The position numbers were made by a program, and so were the translations under genes. DNA of 63,841 nucleotides, the filler included, from a bacterium (lineage in GTDB: Bacteria; JALSQH01): the NCBI GenBank assembly GCA_026985515.1. It is 10 parts of 10 records of this genome, joined end to end, with 100 filler letters (N's around TTAATTAATTAA, not from the genome) between each part and the next. Parts side by side here need not be neighbours in the genome. Positions count along the whole stretch, not along the records: positions 30,893 to 39,499 come from JALSQH010000192.1; positions 39,600 to 48,103 come from JALSQH010000194.1; 8 more parts are not named here. The stretch is one strand, 5' to 3'. Each line of letters begins with the position of its first letter. The first letter of the stretch is position 1. The notes beneath the pieces are model-generated. The model did not search any database and was not told the DNA's origin. It worked only from the letters and a program-made list of their open reading frames with translations. Below are positions 32,945-42,462 of the stretch, one piece after another.

Positions 32945-35530
32945 TTGAGGAAAAGCAGGATAGTCGTAATCTTCTTCACTCTTCTTGGATTCTTTTTCCT
33001 CTCTTTTCTGGTGGCCAGTGTTATTGTTTACAGGGTTCTATCTGGAGTACCCTCCATTGAAAAAGTGCGGCATTATTCTCCCCCCCTTGTAACACAGATC
33101 ATTTCATCTGATGGTGTAATAATGGGTGAGTTCTTTAAAGAGAACAGGAAGTGGGTGAAATTTGATGATATTCCAGATCTTGTGAAAAAGGCTTTCATGG
33201 CAGCAGAAGATGCCAGATTTTATCAGCACAGTGGACTCGACTTCAAGGGAATAGTCAGGGCAGCAATTAAGGACATAATGGCCCGCAGAATTGTTCAGGG
33301 TGGTAGCACTATAACTCAGCAGGTAACAAAAATACTCCTCTTATCTCCTGAAAGAAGTTTTTCCAGAAAGATAAAGGAGATGTACCTTGCATATAAACTT
33401 GAAAAGTACCTTACCAAGGACAAGATCCTTGAACTTTACATGAATCTTGTCTACCTGGGGAACGGGGCGTATGGGGTTGAAACAGCGTCTGAGATCTATT
33501 TTGGAAAAGGAGTCACTGATCTGACTCTGGCAGAGGCAGCGATGCTGGCAGGTCTTCCAAAAGCACCAACCAAATTTTCTCCTGTTAATAATCCGGAAAG
33601 GGCGAAGGAGAGGCAGATTTATGTTCTGAAAAAGATGCTTGAAAATGGCTGGATAACAGAGAGAGAGTATGAAAAGGCAGTTACCCAGCCCCTGATAATA
33701 AGGAGGTATGAGAATCCTTTTTTAAAGATTGCTCCATATGCCACTGAAGAAATAAGGAAAAGGATGGTTAAGAAATTTGGTGAGGAGAAATTCCTTTCTG
33801 GTGGGTTAAGAATCTACACCACAATCAATGTCAGATGGCAGAAATATGCACAGGAAGCACTGAGAGAGGGATTGAAGGAGGTGGATAAAAGAATAGGTTA
33901 CAGAGGTCCTCTGACACATGTGAGCAGAGAGGGGTGGGAAGAATTTCTGAAAAAAGAACAGAAGGATCTTCTTGAAAAGCGAAAAAGAGAAATTCTTGGC
34001 AGTATTGTTTTAATAATTGATTCTTCCGGTAAGCCTGTTACTGACCCTGTTGCATTTCTTGGCCTTGAGGAAAAATTGTTTACCCGGAAGCCAGAATTTC
34101 TGAAAGGGACTCTCCTTAAATTGCACAGGGATTACAGAGGTCTGATTACCAGGGTTGACAGGAAAAGTAACTATGCAGTGGTAAGGATAGGGAATTATAC
34201 AGGGATTTTGCCCGGTGTGGAAGTGGAATGGGCCAGAAAACCCGATCCAGAAACTCCATGGTGGGAGGATAGGATAAAGAATATATCGCAGGTTGTTAAA
34301 CCCGGGGATGTAGTGCTTGTAAAGGTCATTGATCCCTTTGAGGATTACTCTTCTGGTAACAGGGATCAGAAGGAAAAGTTGAACTTCTGGAAAGAGTTTC
34401 TCAGCAGGAAGAATAAAACAGAGGGAATCATTCCTCTCACCCTTGATCAGGAGCCTGATCTGGAGGGGGCGGTTCTTGCAGTTGATCCGTACACAGGAGC
34501 TATCAGGGTGGCGGTGGGAGGTTACGATTTCAGAAGAAAGCAGTTCAACCACGCTTTTCAGGCCCACAGACAGGTTGGTTCGGCTTTTAAACCCATTGTT
34601 TATACAGCAGCTCTTCTCAATGGGTACACTCCTGCTTCGCTCCTGAAAGATATTCCAGTTGTATATGCAATGGAAAATACTGATGCTGACTGGAGGCCTC
34701 ACAACTACAGTGGAAATTTCAAAGGGACCATGCTTCTGATAGATGCTCTCACATATTCCAAAAACATTGTTACTGTCAGGGTGGCTCAGGATATAGGCCT
34801 CACCCCAATTGTAAAAGTGGCGAGAGATTTTGGCATAGTTTCAAAGTTAAATCCTGATCTTTCAATGGCTCTGGGATCCTCCTCACTCTACCTGTGGGAG
34901 CTTGTCAGAGCTTATTCAGTTTTTGATAATTATGGTTACAGAATAGATCTGGGAGAGATTAAGAGGATCACCGGTCCTGATGGAAAAGTTATCTTTTCAA
35001 AAGATTATCCTGAAGGTTTAGTATACCCTGAGAAACCTCCGCGGGGGAGAAAGGTGCTTGACCCTGATTATGCCTATCTCATGAATTTCATGCTAAAGAA
35101 TGTCGTTGAACATGGTACTGGATGGAGAGCGAGACAGATTGGCAGGCCAGCTGCTGGAAAGACCGGCACCACCAATGATCATATTGATGCGTGGTTTATT
35201 GGTTACATTCCCCAGCTTGTCTGCGGAGTGTGGGTTGGTTATGACGAGGAAAAATCAATGGGTGTGTATGAAACCGGAGGGATTGTTGCAGCTCCCATTT
35301 GGGTTAAGTTTATGAAAAAGGTTGTTAAGGATATCCCCGAAAAGGATTTTCCCATCCCTCCCGGAATTGTGTTTAAAAGTATTGATCCGGCCACAGGTCT
35401 TCTTGCAAGTGAACTGACTCCGAATCCACGACTTATTCCTTTCATTAAGGGTACCGAACCCACCCAATCCTCACACTCTGAAAAGGAAGAGAAAGAGGAT
35501 CAAATTATTATGGATGATATGGGCCTATGA
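32945..35530 (+). CDS. mrcA: Class A penicillin-binding protein 1A
   Basis: EDARFYQH, GGSTITQQ, RKIKE transglycosylase motifs; SAFK, SKN and KTG transpeptidase motifs; TTGAAA-16-TATAAT upstream (32896-32923). Confidence 0.95.
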   Translation: MRKSRIVVIFFTLLGFFFLSFLVASVIVYRVLSGVPSIEKVRHYSPPLVTQIISSDGVIMGEFFKENRKWVKFDDIPDLVKKAFMAAEDARFYQHSGLDFKGIVRAAIKDIMARRIVQGGSTITQQVTKILLLSPERSFSRKIKEMYLAYKLEKYLTKDKILELYMNLVYLGNGAYGVETASEIYFGKGVTDLTLAEAAMLAGLPKAPTKFSPVNNPERAKERQIYVLKKMLENGWITEREYEKAVTQPLIIRRYENPFLKIAPYATEEIRKRMVKKFGEEKFLSGGLRIYTTINVRWQKYAQEALREGLKEVDKRIGYRGPLTHVSREGWEEFLKKEQKDLLEKRKREILGSIVLIIDSSGKPVTDPVAFLGLEEKLFTRKPEFLKGTLLKLHRDYRGLITRVDRKSNYAVVRIGNYTGILPGVEVEWARKPDPETPWWEDRIKNISQVVKPGDVVLVKVIDPFEDYSSGNRDQKEKLNFWKEFLSRKNKTEGIIPLTLDQEPDLEGAVLAVDPYTGAIRVAVGGYDFRRKQFNHAFQAHRQVGSAFKPIVYTAALLNGYTPASLLKDIPVVYAMENTDADWRPHNYSGNFKGTMLLIDALTYSKNIVTVRVAQDIGLTPIVKVARDFGIVSKLNPDLSMALGSSSLYLWELVRAYSVFDNYGYRIDLGEIKRITGPDGKVIFSKDYPEGLVYPEKPPRGRKVLDPDYAYLMNFMLKNVVEHGTGWRARQIGRPAAGKTGTTNDHIDAWFIGYIPQLVCGVWVGYDEEKSMGVYETGGIVAAPIWVKFMKKVVKDIPEKDFPIPPGIVFKSIDPATGLLASELTPNPRLIPFIKGTEPTQSSHSEKEEKEDQIIMDDMGL

Positions 35531-36513
35531 GTTTTGTGGATAAATTCGGGAGAGAAGTAACCTATCTCAGAATTTCTGTAACTGATAAGTGTAATCTGAG
35601 ATGCATCTACTGCATGCCTGAGGAGGGGGTGAAGTTGTTGCCCCACAGAGAAATTCTCAGGATTGAGGAGATTGTAAGAATCGCAAAAATTTTTATAGAC
35701 CATGGTGTTAAAAAGATAAGGATAACTGGTGGTGAAACCCTTGTCAGAAAGGGGGTTATTACGCTTATAAAAGAGCTTGCAAATTATATGGGTGATAGGG
35801 GAGAGGTTACAATTACGACAAATGGGACTCTTCTTGAGGAGTTTGGGGAAGCCCTTGTAAAGGCAGGAGTTAAAAGAATCAATATAGGGATTGATTCGCT
35901 GGTACCCGTGAATTTTTCCAGAATGACAAGGAGAGATAGATTCAGAGAGGCTATCAGGGGGGTAAAAAAGGCGCTTGAGCTTCCTTTTGAGAAAGTAAAG
36001 TTAAATGTGGTGGTGCTGAGGAATTACAATTTTGAGGAACTGGAGGATTTTCTCATCCTTGCCAGAGAATACCCTCTGGAGGTCAGATTCATTGAGTATA
36101 TGCCCTTTGGCAATGTTTCCTCTGAGGCGAAAGAGAATTTATTCGTGAGTGGGAAGGAGATAGAAAGGGTTATTCTGGAGAAGATGAAGGTCGAGAGGGA
36201 AGAGGAAATGGAAGGTGTCAGCAGGATGTACAGAATTGTTGGAGGAAAGGGAAAAGCCGGTATAATCACTCCCATGACAGCCCACTTCTGTGAAAATTGC
36301 AACAGAATGAGGCTCACTGCAAATGGATATTTGAGGCCCTGCCTGTTTTCAAGAGAGATGATTGATGTAAAAACTCCTCTGAGGAGTGGTGCCAGCGACG
36401 GGGAACTTGAAAAAATAATAGAAAAGGCCGTTAATTTAAAGCCCAGAATAAATCCCCTTCTGGAAAATGGTGAAACTTCTCTGCCCTGTCCCATGAGCTT
36501 CATAGGAGGGTAG
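35527..36513 (+). CDS. moaA: GTP 3',8-cyclase
   Basis: YLRISVTDKCNLRCIYC, FCENCNRMRLT...PCL, C-terminal MSFIGG. Confidence 0.97.
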   Translation: MSFVDKFGREVTYLRISVTDKCNLRCIYCMPEEGVKLLPHREILRIEEIVRIAKIFIDHGVKKIRITGGETLVRKGVITLIKELANYMGDRGEVTITTNGTLLEEFGEALVKAGVKRINIGIDSLVPVNFSRMTRRDRFREAIRGVKKALELPFEKVKLNVVVLRNYNFEELEDFLILAREYPLEVRFIEYMPFGNVSSEAKENLFVSGKEIERVILEKMKVEREEEMEGVSRMYRIVGGKGKAGIITPMTAHFCENCNRMRLTANGYLRPCLFSREMIDVKTPLRSGASDGELEKIIEKAVNLKPRINPLLENGETSLPCPMSFIGG

Positions 36514-36515
36514 CG

Positions 36516-36659
36516 GTGAAAAGGGTGCTTCATTACTTCTCAATCTTCATAATTCTTGCGGGAATTTTCTTTTTAATTTACTGGGATGCAAGAGAGTGGG
36601 GTTTAACTGCATGTGTAAAAATTTCCTGCTTTATTAAACAGATTGCGGGGCTGTTTTGA
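36516..36659 (+). CDS. Small single-TM protein (47 aa), not in ORF track
   Basis: SD AGGAGG 5-6 nt before GTG; MKRVLHYFSIFIILAGIFFLIYWDAREWGLTACVKISCFIKQIAGLF; stop abuts the next ATG. Confidence 0.65.
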   Translation: MKRVLHYFSIFIILAGIFFLIYWDAREWGLTACVKISCFIKQIAGLF

Positions 36660-38309
36660 ATGTGGTATCAGTTCCTTCTGGCGCTTCTGGTGATTCTCTC
36701 TTACTACGGGATAGGGGTTCTCTTTATAAAGGGGAATGAATGGGACAGATTCCTTACGGGAAGTGTTGTAGCAGGTATTTATCTTTTTATTCTTGTCCAC
36801 ACAAATTTTCTCTATTCTCCTCTAATTTTTTTCCTCCTGATTTTTTCCATACCGGGTGCTGTGGCACTTTTAAGGAAAGCAGAAACCTCATGCCTGTTAA
36901 CCAGATGTCATTACCTGGTATTGAGTCTTTTCATTCCTCTATTTTTTCTCGCAGTAACTCCTCCACACAGATTTTATGATCCCCTTTACTATCAGTTCAC
37001 CATCCCGCAGTGGTATGTGATAAAGCATGGTTTTTTCTGGGATCCCAATTTCCAGCCATCCCTTTTTGCCCTTTTTGGAAATCTCCTTTATATACCTTTT
37101 TTCTTTTTGCATTCCGATACTGGACCTCAGATTCTCACCCTTTTTGCTTTTTTCCTGACCGTTATCATCTTTCATGAAACACTTAAAAGGTTTTTCAATG
37201 AAAAATCTCTCCTTCCTCTGATCATTTTTGTTACCACCCCATTTATCTATTTCATGTCTCCTTTCGGATATGATGGTTTTCTCCAGACGCTCTTCTTTTC
37301 AGGAGCAATTTATCATCTTTTCACCAGAGAAGAAAAATCTTCTCTCTTCCTCGCCGGTCTGTATCTTGGTGCTGGTGGTTCAACCAAATATCAGGGGCTG
37401 GTTCTTCTTGCTTTCATACTCTTATGGGTGCTTATTCTTTCACGGGACCTGAAGAAATTTGTGATCCTTTCTTCTATTTCTCTTTTTGTCGTTGCTCCCT
37501 GGTACATAAGAAACTGGATCGTTTCAGGTAATCCAATGTGGCCCTTTTTAAATTCATTTTTCGGCCTGAAGAGTGTTTACAGACAGGATATTGTGGGGGC
37601 AACTCTTCATTTTAAAAAAGATATTCTTCACAGTTACTTTTTAAGATTCTTCCTGTGGAATTACATAAAACCTGAGCGGGGACTTCAGAGTATTTCGGGT
37701 CCACTGTATCTTGCTCTGATCCCATGGTCACTTTTCAATTTCAGAAAAAGGGAGATCAGAACTGGATGGTACATTCTTCTCTCATTTGTCCCTTTTGCCT
37801 ACATACTCTTTTCAAATCCGAGATACTACATACCATTTCACATGGTAATGGCGTATCTATCTTTTGAAGGGTTAAAGGTGTGGGTTGAAAACTACAGATA
37901 TATTTTTGTTCTCTTCTGGTTTACTGTGATTTTCCAGATTTCGATTGCATCTTCAGAGATCTACAGAAGTATTAAATATGTTTTTTCCAGAGAGACCCCC
38001 GAACAATTCCTCCGTCAGAATGAAGAATCGTATCAACTTTCTTCATTTACAGATTTTATTCCAGAAAATAAGCCTGTAATCGTCGTTAATTACGAAAAGA
38101 ACTTTTACCTGAGACGCCTGACATATGTCGTGAGGTTACGGGATGAACCTGCAAGCTGGAAGAAGATAAAGGCACTGAGCTTCAGATATAATACCAGATG
38201 GGTTGTTACTCCCTATCCCTTTATAGTCACCTGTACCCCTTTTGCTCCTGTAAAGGATACAGAGAAGTTTACTCTCTGGTTCAGGGGCCCTGAACATCCT
38301 CTTCCCTGA
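36660..38309 (+). CDS. Polytopic membrane protein, GT-C (PMT/GT39-like) glycosyltransferase-like
   Basis: ~13 TM segments, YDPLYYQ...P..Y loop, TKYQG, PWYIRNWIVSGNP.WP. Confidence 0.7.
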   Translation: MWYQFLLALLVILSYYGIGVLFIKGNEWDRFLTGSVVAGIYLFILVHTNFLYSPLIFFLLIFSIPGAVALLRKAETSCLLTRCHYLVLSLFIPLFFLAVTPPHRFYDPLYYQFTIPQWYVIKHGFFWDPNFQPSLFALFGNLLYIPFFFLHSDTGPQILTLFAFFLTVIIFHETLKRFFNEKSLLPLIIFVTTPFIYFMSPFGYDGFLQTLFFSGAIYHLFTREEKSSLFLAGLYLGAGGSTKYQGLVLLAFILLWVLILSRDLKKFVILSSISLFVVAPWYIRNWIVSGNPMWPFLNSFFGLKSVYRQDIVGATLHFKKDILHSYFLRFFLWNYIKPERGLQSISGPLYLALIPWSLFNFRKREIRTGWYILLSFVPFAYILFSNPRYYIPFHMVMAYLSFEGLKVWVENYRYIFVLFWFTVIFQISIASSEIYRSIKYVFSRETPEQFLRQNEESYQLSSFTDFIPENKPVIVVNYEKNFYLRRLTYVVRLRDEPASWKKIKALSFRYNTRWVVTPYPFIVTCTPFAPVKDTEKFTLWFRGPEHPLP

Positions 38310-38814
38310 AGAATTTCTCCCCCGCTTTTTCCCATTCTTCTTTTGTTTTCAGTATCATCTCAATAACTTCCCTTACAGCTCCCTTACCCCCGGGAGATGA
38401 TGTTATGTAAAGAGCTTCATTTTTTACCTCAGCTGCTGCGTCTCCAACTGCAACTGGAAACCCCACCTTCCTCATTATTGGCAGATCAACGATATCATCA
38501 CCAATGTATGCCACTTCCTCCCATGAAATACCCCATTTTTCAAGGAGTTTTTCCCCCGATTCCACCTTGCAGTGTGTACCCTGAATTACATCCACCCCAA
38601 GTTCATGAGCCCGGAAATCCACAGGTTTTGAAACTCTTCCTGAGAGGAATGCAAATTTGTACCCTGCAGAAAGCCACATTTTTATTCCATTGCCATCTCT
38701 GACATTGAAAATTTTCAGTTCCTCTCCTCTGGAGTCAATGATAATTTCTCCTGAGGTAAGCACTCCATCAATGTCAGAGATTATTGCCCTGATCTTTTTT
38801 ATTATCTCTTCCAT
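38281..38814 (-). CDS. kdsC: KDO 8-phosphate phosphatase
   Basis: DIDGVLT, FNVRDG.GI, YIGDDIVD, GGKGAVRE (HAD family). Confidence 0.95.
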   Translation of the reverse strand: MEEIIKKIRAIISDIDGVLTSGEIIIDSRGEELKIFNVRDGNGIKMWLSAGYKFAFLSGRVSKPVDFRAHELGVDVIQGTHCKVESGEKLLEKWGISWEEVAYIGDDIVDLPIMRKVGFPVAVGDAAAEVKNEALYITSSPGGKGAVREVIEMILKTKEEWEKAGEKFFREEDVQGP

Positions 38815-39499
38815 ATTTTTCAGTCTCACGTATGCCCTCTTTCAGAATATCATGTATGTGAATAATGCCTATTACTTCCCTTGAATCCTCTCGTGGAACA
38901 ACAAATAGTGATGTTATGGCATGATCCTCCATCTTTTTCAACGCCCTGCTGGCAAGCGCCTGTGGTAGAATTGTTTTGGGATTGGGAGTCATGATTTCTG
39001 AAGCTCTCATTTTAAGCATTTTTGAACCATATCTCTCTAAAGCTCTCCTGAGATCCCCATCTGATATGCATCCCACGAGATTATTCCCCTCAAATACACC
39101 GGTGATTCCCAGTCTCTTGGAGGTGATTTCCAGTATCACCTTTTCCATTATTTCATCTCTTCCCACCCTCGGGATCTCATCTCCCACATGCATCAGATCA
39201 GAAACTCTGAGGAGCAGTGATTTCCCCAGTGCCCCTGCAGGGTGGAACATGGCAAAATCCTCTTCAGTGAATCCCTTCAGTTTCATGAGGGTTATTGCTA
39301 AGGCATCTCCCAGAGCCAGCATAACTGTGGTGGATGAGGTGGGAGCAAGTCCATAGGGACATGCTTCCCTCGTTATTTTAACTGGTATGACCACATCGCT
39401 GTACCTCGCAAGGGTGGAATTGAGATTTCCGGTTATTCCTATGAGGGGGATATCCCATCTTTTGATTATGGGCAGGATAGTTGTGACCTCTTCAGTTTC
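38774..39499 (-). CDS. kdsD: Arabinose-5-phosphate isomerase, C-terminal part (end of SIS domain + CBS pair)
   Basis: EACPYGLAPTSSTT, GDALA, FHPAGALG, SDGDLRR; frame open to contig end. Confidence 0.95.
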   Translation of the reverse strand, partial: ETEEVTTILPIIKRWDIPLIGITGNLNSTLARYSDVVIPVKITREACPYGLAPTSSTTVMLALGDALAITLMKLKGFTEEDFAMFHPAGALGKSLLLRVSDLMHVGDEIPRVGRDEIMEKVILEITSKRLGITGVFEGNNLVGCISDGDLRRALERYGSKMLKMRASEIMTPNPKTILPQALASRALKKMEDHAITSLFVVPREDSREVIGIIHIHDILKEGIRETEKYGRDNKKDQGNNL

Positions 39500-39599
39500 N
39501 NNNNNNNNNNNNNNNNNNNNNNNNNNNNNNNNNNNNNNNNNNNTTAATTAATTAANNNNNNNNNNNNNNNNNNNNNNNNNNNNNNNNNNNNNNNNNNNN

Positions 39600-40560
39600 C
39601 TTTTATTTCTTCAATATCGATGGGATTTGCGGAAGAGTAAAGTTTAAACTTGAGAAAATCAACCATCTTTTCCTCAATATCAGCTGTTGTACTCCTTCCA
39701 CTCCACCAATCTTCATACCACTTTTCCCAATCTACACCACTTATTGAGAGAAGTTTTTCCACTTCATTTAGCAATTCTCCTGCGTCTCTGAATCTTTCCT
39801 CAGGATTCTTGGCCAGCATCTTCATTACCAGTTTTTCAACTTCAGGTGTTAAATCTCTCCTGAATGTGAGAACTGGCCTGGGCCTCGATGTTAAAATTGA
39901 ATTAATTATTGTTCCCAGCTCATTTGAATCACTGAAAGGATGGTGAGATGTGAGCATTTCGTAAAGGATTACTCCCAGGGAAAATATGTCTGATGAAGGA
40001 AGAACAGCTTTGCCAGTCAACTGCTCGGGAGATGAGTATGGAATTGAACCCATCAGGGAACCATCCTGAGTAAGTCTTTCGACACCGGGAAGGTGGGCAA
40101 GTCCGAAATCTATTATTTTTGGATAACCCCTTTCTCCAAGAATGATATTTTCAGCTTTAAGATCCCTGTGGACGATCCCCTTATCATGAACAATTTTTAG
40201 ACCCTCAAGAATTTTCTTTAATATGAAAAGAGCCAGTTCATCCGGGAAGAAAGGTGCCCTTTCTTCAATCGCTTCCCTGAGACTCTTCCCCTCCACAAAC
40301 TCCTCAACAATAAAAGGGGTGTCACCAGTGTGAAGAGAATATATTTTAACAATGGATGGATGATCTATCTGAGCGATGATTCTTGCTTCCCTGTAAAATC
40401 TTTCAAGAAATTCCCGATTTTTTGATAATTCTCTGTGGATAATTTTGAGAGCAACAGTTCTCTTTAATTTAACATCGTAAGCCCTGTAGACAGTGGCAGT
40501 TGTTCCGACTCCAAGTTCTTCTAAAATTTCATAACCATCAAACCTGTAAGATGTGTCCAT
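39600..40560 (-). CDS. Hanks-type Ser/Thr protein kinase, 3'-truncated
   Basis: LGVG..ATVY, VALK, HRDLKAEN, DFGLA, YSSPEQ, SDIFSLG. Confidence 0.95.
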
Positions 40561-41374
40561 GCAAATAAGGTTCTAATGTTTTCCTTTTTTCCTCATCCTT
40601 CCATCTTTCAATGTAGGCAAAAGCATTGTGATTGTGAATACTCTCAAAATTTTCTGATGAGACCGCATACCAGATTATCCTGGTGTCTTTTTCACATTTA
40701 GCTGATACTTCCCTTACTATATCTTCAACAAACATTGGATGATCATAAGCATACTCTGTAACATACTTTTCGTCTTCACGTTTGAGAAGGGTGAAAAGTT
40801 CACAACTTGCGGATGTCTCTGCTATTCTGATCAACTCCTCAAGCCATACAAAGGAGGAGGTTCTGACTGAAAGAGAAATAACGCTTCTCTGGTTGTGTGC
40901 TCCATAATCACTTATCTCTTTGGAGCATGGACAGAGACTTGTAACTGGCACCTCAACCTTATATATGAAGTCATCAAGATCAGGGTAACTGCTTCCATAA
41001 ATGGTAACATCATAGGAGAGCAAACTTGGTGTACCAGTGACAGGAGCCTGTTTTTCGAGAAAATATGGAAAACTGATAACCATGTGGGATGCTGAAGCGT
41101 TTAATCTTTCCTTCATAACTTTCAATATCTTCTTTATCTTTTTTACCTGAATATCTTTCCAGTTCTCATTGAGGATTTCCACAAATCTGCTCATGTGGGT
41201 TCCTTTAAAATTTTCAGGCAATTCCACAAACATGCTGACTTCTGCCACTGTGTGTTGACGCTGATTCTTCCTGTCAAGGACCACAATGGGATATCTCAGT
41301 CCCTTAATACCAACTTTGTCTATTTTTATGCTCTGATCAGGAGGCAGATTCTGTACATCTTTCATTTTGGCCAC
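40538..41374 (-). CDS. folE2: GTP cyclohydrolase IB
   Basis: DVQN, KGTHMSRF, SLCPCSKEIS..GAHNQRS, ESIHNHNA. Confidence 0.96.
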   Translation of the reverse strand: MAKMKDVQNLPPDQSIKIDKVGIKGLRYPIVVLDRKNQRQHTVAEVSMFVELPENFKGTHMSRFVEILNENWKDIQVKKIKKILKVMKERLNASASHMVISFPYFLEKQAPVTGTPSLLSYDVTIYGSSYPDLDDFIYKVEVPVTSLCPCSKEISDYGAHNQRSVISLSVRTSSFVWLEELIRIAETSASCELFTLLKREDEKYVTEYAYDHPMFVEDIVREVSAKCEKDTRIIWYAVSSENFESIHNHNAFAYIERWKDEEKRKTLEPYLHGHILQV

Positions 41375-42093
41375 CAGTCGGGAAAATATTTTTTCGAAAG
41401 ATACCTCTCAGCAAGGGGATCAACTTCTCCTGCCTCTTCAAACCCTTTAATCCTCAATCTGCAACTGTCACACTCTCCACATGGCTCGCCATTCGGCCCG
41501 GGTGAGTAGCAACTGTGGGTGATTGAATAATCCACTCCAAGGGACAAACCAAGTTTTATAATTTCAGATTTTGTAAGTTTTATCAGAGGAGTATGAATCG
41601 TGTAGTTAATTTTGCCTTCAACTGAAGCTTTTGTTGCTAAATTTGCCATTTTCTCAAATGCTTCAATATACTCAGGTCTGCAATCAGGATAGCCGCTATA
41701 ATCAATTGCATTTACTCCTATGTAAATCTCACCTGTGCCAATAATTTCACCGTAGGCAATTGCATAAGAGAGAAAAATTGTATTTCTTGCGGGAACATAT
41801 GTAGAAGGGATTTCTTCTTTTGAAAAATCTCTATCTCTGGGGACCTCTATTTCTTTATTCACAAGAGCCGATGTTTCGAAAAGAGATTTGTCAAGATTAA
41901 CAAGTTTCCATCTTTCCAGTGGTATCTCAAAATAATTGAGAATTTTTTCTACCTGGTTCAATTCGAAAGAGTGCTTCTGACCATAGTAAAAAGAGAGAGG
42001 AAAAACATCCATTCCATCCTTTTTGATTGCATAGGCCAGCGTGGTTGTAGAATCAAGTCCACCGCTCAGCAGTACAATGGCTTTTTTTCTCAT
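41362..42093 (-). CDS. queC: 7-cyano-7-deazaguanine synthase
   Basis: SGGLDST, YGQKH, TYVPARN, YPDCRPE, SCY...CGECDSC. Confidence 0.97.
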   Translation of the reverse strand: MRKKAIVLLSGGLDSTTTLAYAIKKDGMDVFPLSFYYGQKHSFELNQVEKILNYFEIPLERWKLVNLDKSLFETSALVNKEIEVPRDRDFSKEEIPSTYVPARNTIFLSYAIAYGEIIGTGEIYIGVNAIDYSGYPDCRPEYIEAFEKMANLATKASVEGKINYTIHTPLIKLTKSEIIKLGLSLGVDYSITHSCYSPGPNGEPCGECDSCRLRIKGFEEAGEVDPLAERYLSKKYFPDWWPK

Positions 42094-42096
42094 TTC

Positions 42097-42462
42097 TCAC
42101 TCCTCATATATTGCGCAGGACCCTTCACTTTCCCACACCATTACTCTGTGAACTCTGACCCTTTCTTTAAATTCCTCACTCAGTCTGTCAAAAATGAATT
42201 TTGCAATGTTTTCAGCGCTTGGGTTTATTTTGTCAAAAGGGGGTATCTCATTGAGATACTTATGGTCAAGATAATCAAGAATTTTGTTGAGCTTCTCTTT
42301 TAAAACCGAAAAATCAACTACCATCCCCTGATCATCCAGTGTTTCAGATTTTAAATATACTCTCACCTTCCAGTTGTGACCATGCAGTCTCTCACATTTT
42401 CCATGGTAATCCCTCAACCTGTGAGCCGCAGAAAAGGTGGCTTCCTTATAGATGTAGTACAT
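42097..42462 (-). CDS. queD: 6-carboxy-5,6,7,8-tetrahydropterin synthase (start probably ATG 42462, TGATG-coupled to cysS)
   Basis: FSAAHRL...GKCERLHGHNW, LDHKYLN, PSAENIA. Confidence 0.96.
   Translation of the reverse strand: MYYIYKEATFSAAHRLRDYHGKCERLHGHNWKVRVYLKSETLDDQGMVVDFSVLKEKLNKILDYLDHKYLNEIPPFDKINPSAENIAKFIFDRLSEEFKERVRVHRVMVWESEGSCAIYEE

Noticed and set aside
34010..34702. 230-aa antisense ORF inside mrcA and the many other shadow ORFs (e.g. 313-519, 8161-8772, 15049-15564, 36024-36533)
   Set aside because: Mostly or wholly overlap well-supported genes, have no recognisable motifs and show unnatural composition
40538..42462. folE2-queC-queD as a 7-deazaguanine DNA-modification (dpd) system
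   Set aside because: No dpdA/tgtA5-like or other dpd genes; the context is tRNA synthetases, consistent with queuosine and pterin synthesis
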